64,000 bases of DNA, from the NCBI GenBank assembly GCA_963779755.1, contig CAVZZO010000003.1:1056001-1120000 (forward strand), written 5' to 3'. This document shows, one piece after another, positions 19,530-29,535 of the stretch; the first letter of the stretch is position 1; each line of letters begins with the position of its first letter. The notes below the pieces were generated by a model. That model ran no database searches and was not told the origin of the DNA. It saw nothing but the letters and a program-made list of their open reading frames with translations. The stretch is from an uncultured Gemmatimonadales bacterium. GTDB taxonomy: Bacteria; Gemmatimonadota; Gemmatimonadetes; Gemmatimonadales; GWC2-71-9. The position numbers were made by a program, and so were the translations under genes.

Positions 19530-21130
19530 AGCAGGGCCTCCGCCATGCGGACCGCGTTGGCCATCAGGGTGAAGGTCAGGTTCTTCGCCGGCAGGAAGGG
19601 AAAGGTCGCTCCGTCGGCCAGACAGAGGTTGGGGAAATCGCGGCTCCGCCCCAGCTGGTCGGCGGTAAGCTCTCCTCCGGCCGCCATGGGGATGGTCCCG
19701 GCGTAGTGGATGCTCGATCCCCGGGGAAGAATCCGGGTCATCCCCGGCGGAACGATGCAGCCCAGCGCCCGGAGCGCCCGGCGCACGGTGACCAGCGCCC
19801 GGCCGACCCGTGCCGATTCGCCCGCCGGCGCCTCGCTGTTGATGACCAGATCGGTTCCCGCGGCGTCCGGCCGCGGACGTACCGAGAGCCAGTTTTCCGG
19901 CCGGCGCTCGTCGTGCAGCCAGATATTCGCCACCCCCAGGGCGGCATGACTTCCTCGGAACAGGGTCAGCGCGGAGCGCAGGTCGACCGGGAGGCTCTGC
20001 GCGATGGGGTGGACCGACGCGGCCTTCAGGGTCGTGATCTGGCCATGGACGTAACCGGCGGGCTCCTCCCCCGCGATCCCCAGCGCCAGTTGATGGAACT
20101 GATAGGCGCGCGTGTCCGCCGGCTCGCCCAGGCGGGCTGTGGTGAGAAAGGGCATCATGATCTGGCGGTTGTCCATCAGGCCGGACAGCCGGACCGTTTC
20201 TCCCGTGGCATGCCGGATGGAATCCAGAACGATCTTGGAGGAACCCAGCGTGCCGGCGGCCAGGACGAAGAGGTCGGCGCTGAAGCCGCGCACCGTGCCC
20301 GCGGTGGCGCTCCGGGCGATCATGCGGCCCACTTCGCCCGAGGTGTCGTAGTCGAACCGCTCCACCAGCACGCCCGGCACATATTCGAACGCCGCATGTT
20401 CCAGCAGCTGCCGCAGCGTGAACGAGGGCGTGTAGAGGGACTCTCTCGGGCAGCCCCAGAGACAGCGTCCCAGGCGGTCGCAGGCGCGGCGGCCGGCGTG
20501 GTCGCGGCTCAGTGCCGCCACCCGGCTCCGGCCCAGATAGAACCCCCTGCTCTGCAGGGAGGCCCGGGCCCGGCTGTACCGGCGCAGCAGGTGAGCCGTA
20601 TGGGGATCGGCCTCGATGGACGGCTGGTAGCGTTCCGACCAGGCGGAGAATCGCTCCAGGTCGTCCCGCTCGGCGCTGATGCCGATGCGCTCGGCCACGG
20701 TGTCGTAGTGCGGCGCCAGCGCCGCCGCATCGAACGGAAACGCGGCCAGCTCCGCGTCGTTCAGGGGGTAGACGCCGCCGGTCCAGGCCTCGGCCAGGCC
20801 GCCCCGGGCAAAGGAGCTCACCGGATCGAACCCGCGCGGCACCGACCGGAATCCGGGTGTGCCGGCGAACACATAGGATTTGCTGGGAGGAAACCCGTAA
20901 TACTTCGCGGCCCGGCTGGGATACACGACCGAATCCGCCTGGGGGCCAAGGAAATATCCGACCGGATCGGACAGCGCGGTACGCAGGGCCTCGAATGGCG
21001 CATCGGGCGCGACCGGCTCGGGACGTTCGTGCCCGACGTCGAGCATGGTGACCCGGTGCCCCCGTTCCAGCGCCGTCTGCGCAAAGTGCACCCCGCTCGC
21101 CCCGGAGCCGACCACCAGCACCCGGCTCAT
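19526..21130 (-). CDS. GMC-family FAD oxidoreductase
   Basis: VVGSGASG, GGLAEAW, CDRLGRCLWGC, LAAGTLGS, IHYAGT, NLCLADGATFP, NLTFTLMANA. Confidence 0.85.
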   Translation of the reverse strand: MSRVLVVGSGASGVHFAQTALERGHRVTMLDVGHERPEPVAPDAPFEALRTALSDPVGYFLGPQADSVVYPSRAAKYYGFPPSKSYVFAGTPGFRSVPRGFDPVSSFARGGLAEAWTGGVYPLNDAELAAFPFDAAALAPHYDTVAERIGISAERDDLERFSAWSERYQPSIEADPHTAHLLRRYSRARASLQSRGFYLGRSRVAALSRDHAGRRACDRLGRCLWGCPRESLYTPSFTLRQLLEHAAFEYVPGVLVERFDYDTSGEVGRMIARSATAGTVRGFSADLFVLAAGTLGSSKIVLDSIRHATGETVRLSGLMDNRQIMMPFLTTARLGEPADTRAYQFHQLALGIAGEEPAGYVHGQITTLKAASVHPIAQSLPVDLRSALTLFRGSHAALGVANIWLHDERRPENWLSVRPRPDAAGTDLVINSEAPAGESARVGRALVTVRRALRALGCIVPPGMTRILPRGSSIHYAGTIPMAAGGELTADQLGRSRDFPNLCLADGATFPFLPAKNLTFTLMANAVRMAEALL

Positions 21131-21557
21131 TCCGTCTCCGCCGCGGCGGCGCGGCCCGCCAGCACCAGGTGAGCCGGACCCAGCAGGAGGATGCCAGCCA
21201 GGAGCGCCGCCACGCTCACCAGCCCGGTGCGGGCGAGCGCCAGCCAGAAGGACACCCGGCCGCCGGACCAGCCGCGGGTGAACCGGCCGCCCGTGGCAGG
21301 GGCGTGTTCCAGAATGGCCAGGAGGAGCACCAGCTTCTGCCGCAGCGGGCCATAGGGCCGGAACCGGCGGGCATAGGCATCGGCAATCCGCGCCGCTGCG
21401 GGGCCCCGTCGGGCAAACCGGACCAGCGTCCCGTCAAACCGGTCCGCTCGCCGCTCCGGCGGTAGGGAATGGCGGCGTGGCCCCGCCGGTACCAGTCCTG
21501 GATGTAGCCGTCAGGCGCGGTATCGGCGAGATAGCGGCAGAAGACCCGGCATTCCAT
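21127..21557 (-). CDS. Hypothetical membrane protein, frameshifted near 21447
   Basis: MECRVFCRYL...YRRGH continues in a shifted frame as DRFDGTLVRFARRG...PLRQKLVLLLAILE to stop 21127, which overlaps the next start; start uncertain. Confidence 0.55.
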
Positions 21558-21585
21558 CTCGAGGACGGAGCCCGCCTCCCCCGCC

Positions 21586-22524
21586 TCAGGAATCCCGGGC
21601 GAGACGGCCGAGGAGGTCATCGAGTCGCGTGAAGCCGGGCATCAGCTCGGAGAGGAGGCGGCTGGGAAGCGCGGTACCGTTTTCGGTGAACGGCACCAGT
21701 TGCCCCGGCCCGACGGGAGCATGCGATCCGGCCAGCCGGCTGGCGAGCCGCAGGACGGCACGCAGGGGCGGCAGGGGGATATGCAGGAGCGGGCCGCTGC
21801 GGCCGCGCACCGCGCGCCGGATGGCGCGCAGCAGCCCTTCGAAGGTGATCACCTCCGGGCCGCCCAGCTCGACCAGGGCCTCTCCCGCCCCGGAATCAAT
21901 GAGAGTGGTCAGGGCGAGCGCCACATCTTCGACATCCACCGGCTGCACTCTCGCCGTGCCGCTGCCGGGCAGCAGCGCCACCGGCCCCGAGGCGAGCTGG
22001 CGCAAGCGCCGCCAGAGGGAACCGCCCGGCCCGAGGACGATGGTGGGGCGAACAATGATCCCGGGGATCGCAGCCGACCGTACCGCTTCCTCGGCCAGGA
22101 CTTTCGACCGGCCATAGGGGTAATCGCCAAGGTTGGAATAGCGAGCCGCAATGGAGCTGACCAGGATGAAGCGGCGCACGCCGGCGCGTTCGGCCAGCCG
22201 CACCAGAGCGCGGGTGGCGTTGGCGTTGACCCGCAGCATCTCGTCGGCGGACGCCGCCCCCGTGGCGGCACCCGCATGCAGCACCACCTCGATGCCGTCC
22301 AGGGCGTCGCTCCAGGATTCGGGCGCGCGCAGGTCCCCGGCGACCGCCTCCCAGCCCTCCGGCAACGCGGTGGCGGCGTTCCGGGTGAGACAGCGGACCG
22401 GTCCTCCGGCCAGCGACGCCAGCCGGCGCACCAGCGCCCGGCCGATGAAGCCGGTTCCGCCGGTGATGAAAAGCGAAGGTCTGGGAGAAGCGGCCGGCAG
22501 GCCGGCGCCGGCGGCGGGGGACAC
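21586..22524 (-). CDS. NAD-dependent epimerase/dehydratase (atypical SDR)
   Basis: FITGGTGFIG, YGRSK, IVRPTIVLG, VQPVDVEDVA; start GTG 22524 inferred. Confidence 0.8.
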   Translation of the reverse strand: MSPAAGAGLPAASPRPSLFITGGTGFIGRALVRRLASLAGGPVRCLTRNAATALPEGWEAVAGDLRAPESWSDALDGIEVVLHAGAATGAASADEMLRVNANATRALVRLAERAGVRRFILVSSIAARYSNLGDYPYGRSKVLAEEAVRSAAIPGIIVRPTIVLGPGGSLWRRLRQLASGPVALLPGSGTARVQPVDVEDVALALTTLIDSGAGEALVELGGPEVITFEGLLRAIRRAVRGRSGPLLHIPLPPLRAVLRLASRLAGSHAPVGPGQLVPFTENGTALPSRLLSELMPGFTRLDDLLGRLARDS

Positions 22525-22529
22525 GCGGT

Positions 22530-23327
22530 CTACGGCGAAACCCGGCGGACGGCCGTCCCCCGGCCCTGGGGCAGCAGCATTTCGCGCCAGAACTTCCAGC
22601 GCAGCCGGAGTACGCCCTTGATGTCCTCCCAGGCGGTACGGATGATCTTGACCCGGCTGTCGTCGTCTTCGACCCAGGTCACCGGGACATCCTTGATACC
22701 GTAGCCGTATTTCTCGGCCAGGACCAGCAGCTCGGTATCGAAGAACCATGACTGGTCGCGGACCTGGGGCACCAGCTCCGCCACGGCGTGATGGCTCACC
22801 GCCTTGAATCCGCACTGGGCATCGCTGAACGAAGTAAACAGGACGGCCTTGACGAAGAGATTATAACAGCGGGAGATGAATTCGCGCTTGATGCTGCGGA
22901 CGGTCCGGCTGGCGCGCATCAGCCGGGAACCGGTGGCCACATGGTACCCCTCCTCCAGGATGGCCGAGATCAGGCGGGGCAGCGCCGGGAGCTCGGTGGA
23001 GAGATCCACGTCGGTGTAGCACATGACATCCGCATCGCTCTGGGTCCACGCCTGCCGCAGCGCGCGCCCGCGCCCCCGCAGGGGTAACTGAACAAAGCGG
23101 ACATCGGGGTACTCCACGGCCAGGCGGCGCGCGACCACGTCGGTCCCGTCGGTGGAGCCGTTATCCACCACGACCACACGCCAGGTCCACTGCGGGTGCT
23201 CGGCCACAAACGCCCGGACCTCGCCCACGCTGCCGGCCAGGACATGGGCCTCGTTCAGCACCGGGATGACGAGATCCACGACCGGCTGCGACCGTCTGAT
23301 GGACTCCGGTCCGCGGGAATGCCCCAT
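22530..23327 (-). CDS. Polyprenyl/dolichyl-phosphate glycosyltransferase (GT2)
   Basis: VIPVLNE, VDNGSTDGT, GRGRAL, YTDVDLS, GSRL, DAQCGFKA, WFFDTELL. Confidence 0.88.
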   Translation of the reverse strand: MGHSRGPESIRRSQPVVDLVIPVLNEAHVLAGSVGEVRAFVAEHPQWTWRVVVVDNGSTDGTDVVARRLAVEYPDVRFVQLPLRGRGRALRQAWTQSDADVMCYTDVDLSTELPALPRLISAILEEGYHVATGSRLMRASRTVRSIKREFISRCYNLFVKAVLFTSFSDAQCGFKAVSHHAVAELVPQVRDQSWFFDTELLVLAEKYGYGIKDVPVTWVEDDDSRVKIIRTAWEDIKGVLRLRWKFWREMLLPQGRGTAVRRVSP

Positions 23328-23470
23328 AGGGGTGCGCCTCTTGATCCAGGCAGTGAGACAGTCCAACGCTCTCTGTGGCTCGGGAGCCACAGTTGGGCGC
23401 TCTGCGCCCCGCCCCGAGGCGGGCGGAGGGCGGATGGTTTCTTCCCAAGTTATTGATTTGCCGTACGATA

Positions 23471-25060
23471 CTACGTGTGCTCCACCTCCTCACCGGCGGC
23501 AAGAATGGTACCAGATCCCGCCATCCGGGCCGGGCCCGCCGGCGCATCGAACCCGGCCCGCCAGGGGCGATCGATGGTCCAGATGAGCGCGATGACCGCT
23601 CCCATTAGTACCAGGGTGGGCAGCGCGGAGACCGACCCGGTGAGCCAGGGGGCATACTGGGTGGCGGTCTTCCTCAGGACCGTCAGGGCGGGAAGCTGGA
23701 AGCCCTGGAGAAAGACGCGCTCGATGTTGTCGAACACCGTTCCCTGGTTCCGCACCATTGCCAGCGACCAGTTGACGACTACGGACAGCACCATGATCCC
23801 CGCGGCCAGGACGCGGGGCAGCCGCAGCAGCACCGCGGCCCCGGCCAGGAAGACGAAGGGGAAGATCGCCGCCAGGTAGCGGATGCCGGTCACGTACTGC
23901 AGGCGGGTGTACTGTACCACGCTGAAGAACAGCACCATGACCAGGGTGGTCGCGAGGCAGAACCAGGCCTCGCGGCGCGGCAGAAAGCTGCGGCCCCGGC
24001 GGACCGCCCAGGGTGTCGCCAGGGCGAGCAGCGCGACCGGCATCGTGATGAACAGCCCGAAGCGCGGATCGAGCAGCAGCATCCGGAACAACTCCGGCGA
24101 AAACCCGCCCACCCCCTGATAGCCGATATTGCTCCACTGCACCGGCGGCATCCAGTTCTGGGGCGGGAGAAAAGGGTTGCCGAACGAGGCCCATTGATAC
24201 CACCAGAGCAGCAGCACCCCGGGCACGGTGCCCAGGCCGTACCAGAGCAGGGCATCCCGCAGCCCCTTCCTCCAGGGGACGGTATCGGCGCGCCGCCACC
24301 AGGCGTACAGGCCGAGCATCCCGGCGATCAGCGCCCCGCTGTAGTCGCACAGCACCGCCAGTCCGCCCAGGAGTCCGGCCAGCATCAGACGGCTGCGCGG
24401 GGAGAGCCGGCTCCGGCCGCCCGGATCCCAGAGCAGCACGAAGGCAAGGAACCCGAAGAGACCGAGGGTCAGGTTCTGGTTGAGATATCCCGTTCGCAGG
24501 AAGACGGGAGTGCCGAACGCATAGACCAGGGCCAGCAGCAGCGAGCCGCCCTGACGCACGCCGAGCTGGAGCAGCAGCCAGAAGAGGACCACCACGCTCG
24601 CCGCGGAGATCGGCGCCTGGCAGAAGGCCTGGGTAATGAGCCCCACCAGCCCGAAGCGCACGTCGAGCCCGCGCTTGCGGATCCGCTGGTAGAACTGCAC
24701 CCGCCGCCAGCGGGGATCGTTATACACGATGGCGGTATCGCCGCGGCCGGCCCGGGCCGCCAGGTCGCGGTTGACGATCACGTCCACCGCCGGCTTCAGC
24801 AGAAAGTAGGGAACCGCGGCGATCATCGAGATGCCCGGATTGGCCCCGTGATGCGCCCCGCCGTGCGGCGCGTTGGGCGGGTTCTGGAAGATGTCCACGT
24901 GCAGGCCGTAGTACTTGTCCAGCCGGAAGGAGTGGTCCTCCACGATGCTCACCACCAGATAGTGCTCGCGCACGAAGTCGGTGGCGAAGTGGACCACATA
25001 CACCAGCCAGCAGGTGAGGAACAGCCTCCAGCCGATCCCCCGCATAGCCCGGCCTCCCAT
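23471..25060 (-). CDS. Polytopic membrane protein, probable GT-C fold glycosyltransferase
   Basis: About 11 hydrophobic segments, loop after TM1, YAFGTP, GIRYLAAIFP. Confidence 0.6.
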   Translation of the reverse strand: MGGRAMRGIGWRLFLTCWLVYVVHFATDFVREHYLVVSIVEDHSFRLDKYYGLHVDIFQNPPNAPHGGAHHGANPGISMIAAVPYFLLKPAVDVIVNRDLAARAGRGDTAIVYNDPRWRRVQFYQRIRKRGLDVRFGLVGLITQAFCQAPISAASVVVLFWLLLQLGVRQGGSLLLALVYAFGTPVFLRTGYLNQNLTLGLFGFLAFVLLWDPGGRSRLSPRSRLMLAGLLGGLAVLCDYSGALIAGMLGLYAWWRRADTVPWRKGLRDALLWYGLGTVPGVLLLWWYQWASFGNPFLPPQNWMPPVQWSNIGYQGVGGFSPELFRMLLLDPRFGLFITMPVALLALATPWAVRRGRSFLPRREAWFCLATTLVMVLFFSVVQYTRLQYVTGIRYLAAIFPFVFLAGAAVLLRLPRVLAAGIMVLSVVVNWSLAMVRNQGTVFDNIERVFLQGFQLPALTVLRKTATQYAPWLTGSVSALPTLVLMGAVIALIWTIDRPWRAGFDAPAGPARMAGSGTILAAGEEVEHT

Positions 25061-26136
25061 CAGGAGGCCGCCTGGCGGCGGGCGGCGGTCAGTTCGTCGC
25101 GGCTGGTGAGCCGGACGGGAATGCCCTCGGCGCTGCTGCGATAGACCGCGTGGGCCGCTTCGACGGCGCGGAAGCCGGCGAAGCCGTCGGCCAGGGCGGT
25201 GGGGCCGCCGTCGATCGTCCGGAGAAAGTCGTTCAGCTCATCGGCAAAGGACAGGAGCGCCGTGGAGGTCCAGCTCCTGAGCTTTTCCCGGACGATGATC
25301 TCGGGGTAGAAGCGCCGGGTGCGCCGGCGCGCGCCGCCGGGCTGGTCCTGGGTAATGAGCAGGTTGAACATGGGCGCGTAGTAGCCCCGGACCATGCCCC
25401 GGTCGCCGTAGACCTCGACGAAGAACCGGTAGCCTTTCCATTCCGTCCAGGTGGCCTGGTAGATCGCGGGAATGCCGCCGGGCCCGCGGAAGACGGCGAC
25501 GGCATTGTCTTCCGAGCCGGGCACCTGCCAGATGCGGTTGCTGGAGACCCCGTACACCTCGTCGATGCCGCCGAGGAAATGGGCCGCCAGGTCGGTCATG
25601 TGGATGCCGACGTCCATCATGGCCCCGCCGCCCGACTGGGGCGCCCGGTACTGCCAGTCGGCCCGGAAGTTGTGCAGTCCGTCGTGCCCGCCGAACACCC
25701 GCAGATGATCCACCGTGCCGATGCGGCCGTCGCGGATGACCTCACGCATGAACTTGATGGAGGGATAGTACCGGTGGTTGAACCCGGTGGCGAGCACCCG
25801 CCCGGAGGCCTCCGCCGCCTGCACCATCCGCCGGCAGGCTTCGACGGTGTTGGACAACGGCTTTTCGCACAGCACGTGCAGCCCCGCCTCCAGGGCGGCA
25901 ACCACCGCCTCTTCATGGTACTGCACCGGCGACGAGACCATCACCGCTTCCAGGCCCGGCAGCTCCAGCAGCGGCCGCCAGTCGGTGAAAGTCTTCGCGT
26001 CCGTGCCCTGCACGGCGCGGGCGGCCAGCTCCGCCACCGGGTCCATCACCCCCAGCAGCCGCGCCTGCGGGTGCTGCTTGACGGTGTCGGCCCGCAACCG
26101 GCCGATGGTTCCCGCGCCAATGATGGCGAATTTCAA
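25060..26136 (-). CDS. Gfo/Idh/MocA oxidoreductase
   Basis: IIGAGTIG, HVLCEKP, GFNHRY, GGGAMMDVGIH. Confidence 0.9.
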   Translation of the reverse strand: MKFAIIGAGTIGRLRADTVKQHPQARLLGVMDPVAELAARAVQGTDAKTFTDWRPLLELPGLEAVMVSSPVQYHEEAVVAALEAGLHVLCEKPLSNTVEACRRMVQAAEASGRVLATGFNHRYYPSIKFMREVIRDGRIGTVDHLRVFGGHDGLHNFRADWQYRAPQSGGGAMMDVGIHMTDLAAHFLGGIDEVYGVSSNRIWQVPGSEDNAVAVFRGPGGIPAIYQATWTEWKGYRFFVEVYGDRGMVRGYYAPMFNLLITQDQPGGARRRTRRFYPEIIVREKLRSWTSTALLSFADELNDFLRTIDGGPTALADGFAGFRAVEAAHAVYRSSAEGIPVRLTSRDELTAARRQAAS

Positions 26137-26163
26137 GGTGCTCTCCTCAGGTTATGAACCGTG

Positions 26164-26233
26164 CCTCGACCCCCTCGACCCCCTCGACCATCTCGACCAC
26201 TCAAAGAGGTCGAGGGGGTCGAGAGGGTCGAGG
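26164..26233. repeat. Inverted nonamer array (CCTCGACCC)n / (GGTCGAGGG)n hairpin
   Basis: About 4 units, short spacer, about 3 reverse-complement units; intergenic. Confidence 0.85.
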
Positions 26234-26253
26234 GCTCCATGTATTCTTCGAGG

Positions 26254-27675
26254 TCAGTCCTCCACCACGTGCTTCTCGAACTCCCTGCGGTACCCTTCCC
26301 ACTTCACCTCATCGAACACGCCGTTCTCCAGGCAGTTCACCGCGCAGTACGCCATGTAGAGGGCGTGATGGGTATTGTCGTGCGCGAACAGGCCCTGGCG
26401 GCCGTAGCTCAGCAGCCGGGGCAGCGTGGCCACCCAGCGGTCCAGCGCGCCGAAGGGAACCTCGTAGCCGTTGAGGTAGATGGGATAGGCCTGCCGCAGG
26501 CGCCGGGTGTGCACGGCGGCCGGGGGAGCGGCCAGCGGCAGCCCCGCCCGGCGCAGGTCGTCCGCCACCAGCCGGCCCAGCGCCGCGTCATCCAGGGCCC
26601 AGGCGTCATCATCCACCGAGCAGGGCAGCTCGGCGCAGATCGTGGTGCGCCCGCGCGGCTCCGTCAGCGCGGCGTAGTTCTTCGGTTCCGACAGCCGGGT
26701 GATCCGGATATCGGCGCCGGGGAAGTAGTGCGCATCGAACTCGGTGAACCGGTCCTGCGGCAGCTCCAGATAAATCAGGAGCATGGAGCGGTAGGAAATC
26801 GCCCCCGCCGCCTGCCGGACCTGGTCCGGCACGCCGCCGGTCATGGCCCGGGCCAGGATGGAAATGGGAATGGTGCTCCAGACGTAGTCGGCGTCGAAGG
26901 TCCGCCGCTCCTCTCCCGACTCCGCCTCCACCCGCCAGCAGCCGTCATCGCCGGCGGGCGGGGTCAGGCCGGTCACGCGCCAGCCCAGCTTGAGGTCGGC
27001 GCCGCCGCGCCGCGCTGCCTCGGCATACGCCTCGGTGATCTGCCCGAACCCGCGGCGCGGATAGAAGAACCGCCCCGCTCCGGCCGGCTTGAAGCCGGGC
27101 ACGGCGGAGAGCACCTTCTTCACCAGCTTGCCGAAGGAACCGGCCGAGACCCGGCGCCGGGCCTGAATGCCCGACAGCTCCTCCGGATCGCGTCCCCAGA
27201 TCTTGCGCGCGTAGGGATAGTAGAAATTATCACAGATGGTCGGGCCCAGGTTGGCACGCAGCACCGAGCCGAACGTCTCGCCTTCGGGCCGGCCGCGGAA
27301 CCGCTTCAGCGCCATATCACGCAGCACGCCGGCGGCGAACCCGGGATCCAGTCGCAGCAGCAGGTCGGCCGGTTTCAGGGGGAAGTGGATCCAGCGGCCC
27401 CGCAGCCGGATGCGTCCGTGCCGCGGCCGGTCCAGGAGGTCGCCGTCGAGCAGCGTGCGGATGTCGGCCAGGATCGCCGGATCGCAGGCCGGATGCAGGC
27501 GGTGGCTGCCGTAGTCCAGGCGCTGGCCCCCGGCCTCGAAGCTTCCCGAGTTGCCCCCGACCACCGGCTGCTGTTCCAGTACGGTGACCCGCGCGCGGCC
27601 CTGCCGCCGAAGCTGGCAGGCGGCGCCGGCGCCGGCCGGCCCCGCGCCCAGGATCAGCACGTGCGGCTCAGGCAT
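26254..27675 (-). CDS. FAD-dependent oxidoreductase (protoporphyrinogen oxidase / UDP-galactopyranose mutase-like)
   Basis: ILGAGPAG, VGGNSGS, DYGSHRL, YARKIWG, FFYPRRGFGQI, AYPIY, GRQGLF. Confidence 0.8.
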   Translation of the reverse strand: MPEPHVLILGAGPAGAGAACQLRRQGRARVTVLEQQPVVGGNSGSFEAGGQRLDYGSHRLHPACDPAILADIRTLLDGDLLDRPRHGRIRLRGRWIHFPLKPADLLLRLDPGFAAGVLRDMALKRFRGRPEGETFGSVLRANLGPTICDNFYYPYARKIWGRDPEELSGIQARRRVSAGSFGKLVKKVLSAVPGFKPAGAGRFFYPRRGFGQITEAYAEAARRGGADLKLGWRVTGLTPPAGDDGCWRVEAESGEERRTFDADYVWSTIPISILARAMTGGVPDQVRQAAGAISYRSMLLIYLELPQDRFTEFDAHYFPGADIRITRLSEPKNYAALTEPRGRTTICAELPCSVDDDAWALDDAALGRLVADDLRRAGLPLAAPPAAVHTRRLRQAYPIYLNGYEVPFGALDRWVATLPRLLSYGRQGLFAHDNTHHALYMAYCAVNCLENGVFDEVKWEGYRREFEKHVVED

Positions 27676-28645
27676 AGTTGGGACCCCGCGCGGCGGCCGA
27701 GCGCAACGAACCGCTCGCCTGGGCATCGCGGGCCCGCCGGCGGCGCCCCAGCAGGTACCAGATCGCGCCACCGACCAGCCCGCCGCTGATGAGCACCGTC
27801 TGCCACAGCAGGCTGGTGAGCACGCCCAGCTCCAGCGGCACGCCGAAGGGCGCCAGCAGCGCCGCCAGGCTCGCCTCGCGCACCGCCAGGCCGCCCAGGC
27901 TGATCGGCAGGAGACTCACCACCTTGGCCATGGGCCAGACGAAGAACCAGGCGGCGAGCGGCGGGTGTACCCCGATGCCGCTTCCCAGCCAGGCGTTGAG
28001 CAGCACGAACCCGCCCTGGATGGTGAGCGACAGCGCGAAGCCCGCCAGAGCCCGGCGGGGTTGCCGTCCCAGGCGGCGCAGTGCCACCAGGCTGCGCCCG
28101 ATGGGCCGGCGGAAGCGCCGGGGCCAGCGGTCGAGCGGACGGCGCAGCGCGAACGGCAGCGCCAGCGCCGCCAGTCCGAGGCCGATCAGCATCGCGATCC
28201 CCACGACCTGGCCACCCCAGCCCGGCAGCGCGTTGTGCGCCAGCAGGCCGCCGGCCGTCACCAGCACGGCCAGCGCGGTGACATCGGTAACCCGGTCCAT
28301 CACGCCGCCCCAGACGGCGGCCTCGGGCCGGCGGGTGAAGCGTCCCGCCATCGCCATGCGGAGCACGTCGCCGCCCACAATGCTGGGAAGGCAGAGGTTG
28401 GCAAACAGCCCGGCGGCGTAACAGTGGATGCCGTCCACCAGGCCGAGCCCGGCCCGGCCGGTGTTGACGAAGAGGCGCCACTTGAAGACGCCCAGGGTGT
28501 GCCCCAGCAGAAAGCCGGCCAGCACGCCGGCCCAGACCAGCGGCGGCAGCTCCTGGAGCGAATGCCAGACCTTGCCCCAGGGCAGGAGAATGGCGATGAC
28601 CGTCAGCAGCCCCAGGCTGACGGCAACCCGGATCCAGCGTTTCAT
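27668..28645 (-). CDS. Lysylphosphatidylglycerol-synthase TM / flippase-like protein (UPF0104)
   Basis: FANLCLPSIVGGDVLR, DRVTD, LPISLGGLAVRE. Confidence 0.85.
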   Translation of the reverse strand: MKRWIRVAVSLGLLTVIAILLPWGKVWHSLQELPPLVWAGVLAGFLLGHTLGVFKWRLFVNTGRAGLGLVDGIHCYAAGLFANLCLPSIVGGDVLRMAMAGRFTRRPEAAVWGGVMDRVTDVTALAVLVTAGGLLAHNALPGWGGQVVGIAMLIGLGLAALALPFALRRPLDRWPRRFRRPIGRSLVALRRLGRQPRRALAGFALSLTIQGGFVLLNAWLGSGIGVHPPLAAWFFVWPMAKVVSLLPISLGGLAVREASLAALLAPFGVPLELGVLTSLLWQTVLISGGLVGGAIWYLLGRRRRARDAQASGSLRSAAARGPNYA

Positions 28646-29535
28646 CGGTTCATCGCCATGCGCGCGTTCTGATCGGCCAGCAGCCCCACCGCCCAGACGA
28701 TCAGGGCGCCGAGCAGCGCCAGCACCGCGCTCTCGGAGAGGTTGTCGAGCATCACGTCGTAGGCGAACTTCGCCAGCCCCGCCACCGCCAGCAGCGCCCC
28801 CACCGGGATGAAGACCTTGAGGGGATTGAAAAAGACGATGGTCCGCAGAATCAGCAGAGTGAAGTCGTAGGCATGCCGGGGCCGGATCTTCGACTGGCCC
28901 AGCCGGGCGTGGTAGTTGATGGGGAGATACTCCACCGGATAGCTGTTGCAGGCGCAGGCCAACGTGATGGTCGTGGTGAAGGAGAACCCGTCCGGCAGCA
29001 GATGGACGTAGCGCTCTACCAGGTCCTTGCGCATGAGCCGGAGGCCGGAGTTGATATCGGGCAGGTGCTGCCCCGCCAGATAGCTGGCCAGCTGGCGCAG
29101 AAACCACTTGGCCGGCCGCCGCACCAGCGGAATGCTCACCGTCTTGCCGGTGCGCGCCCCCACCACCATGGCATTGGCATCGGCCCGCTCCAGCAGCCCC
29201 GGAATGGCCTCCACCGGGTAGGTGCCGTCGGCGTCGGTGATCAGGATCCAGCCGTAGCGGGCGTTGCGGATGCCCAGCTTGAGCGCGGCGCCATAGCCCC
29301 GGTTGAGCCGGCGCCGCAGCACGCGCACGCCCGTGCTCTCGGCGGCGCGGGCGGTCTCGTCGGCGGAACCGTCGTCCACCACGATGATCTCGTAGACCCA
29401 GCCGGTCTCGCGCAGCACCCGTTCCACCTCCCGGACCTGCTCCGCGACGTGGTCGGCCTCGTTGTAGGCGGGGATCACGACCGAGACGGCGCGCTCCAGC
29501 GGCCCGTGGTGGTCTTCGACGATCTCTTCGATCAC
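28642..29535 (-). CDS. Polyprenyl-phosphate glycosyltransferase (GT2)
   Basis: VVIPAYNE, VDDGSAD, NRGYGAALK, ITDADGTYP, DINSGLR, two C-terminal TM segments; GTGA overlap. Confidence 0.88.
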   Translation of the reverse strand: MIEEIVEDHHGPLERAVSVVIPAYNEADHVAEQVREVERVLRETGWVYEIIVVDDGSADETARAAESTGVRVLRRRLNRGYGAALKLGIRNARYGWILITDADGTYPVEAIPGLLERADANAMVVGARTGKTVSIPLVRRPAKWFLRQLASYLAGQHLPDINSGLRLMRKDLVERYVHLLPDGFSFTTTITLACACNSYPVEYLPINYHARLGQSKIRPRHAYDFTLLILRTIVFFNPLKVFIPVGALLAVAGLAKFAYDVMLDNLSESAVLALLGALIVWAVGLLADQNARMAMNR

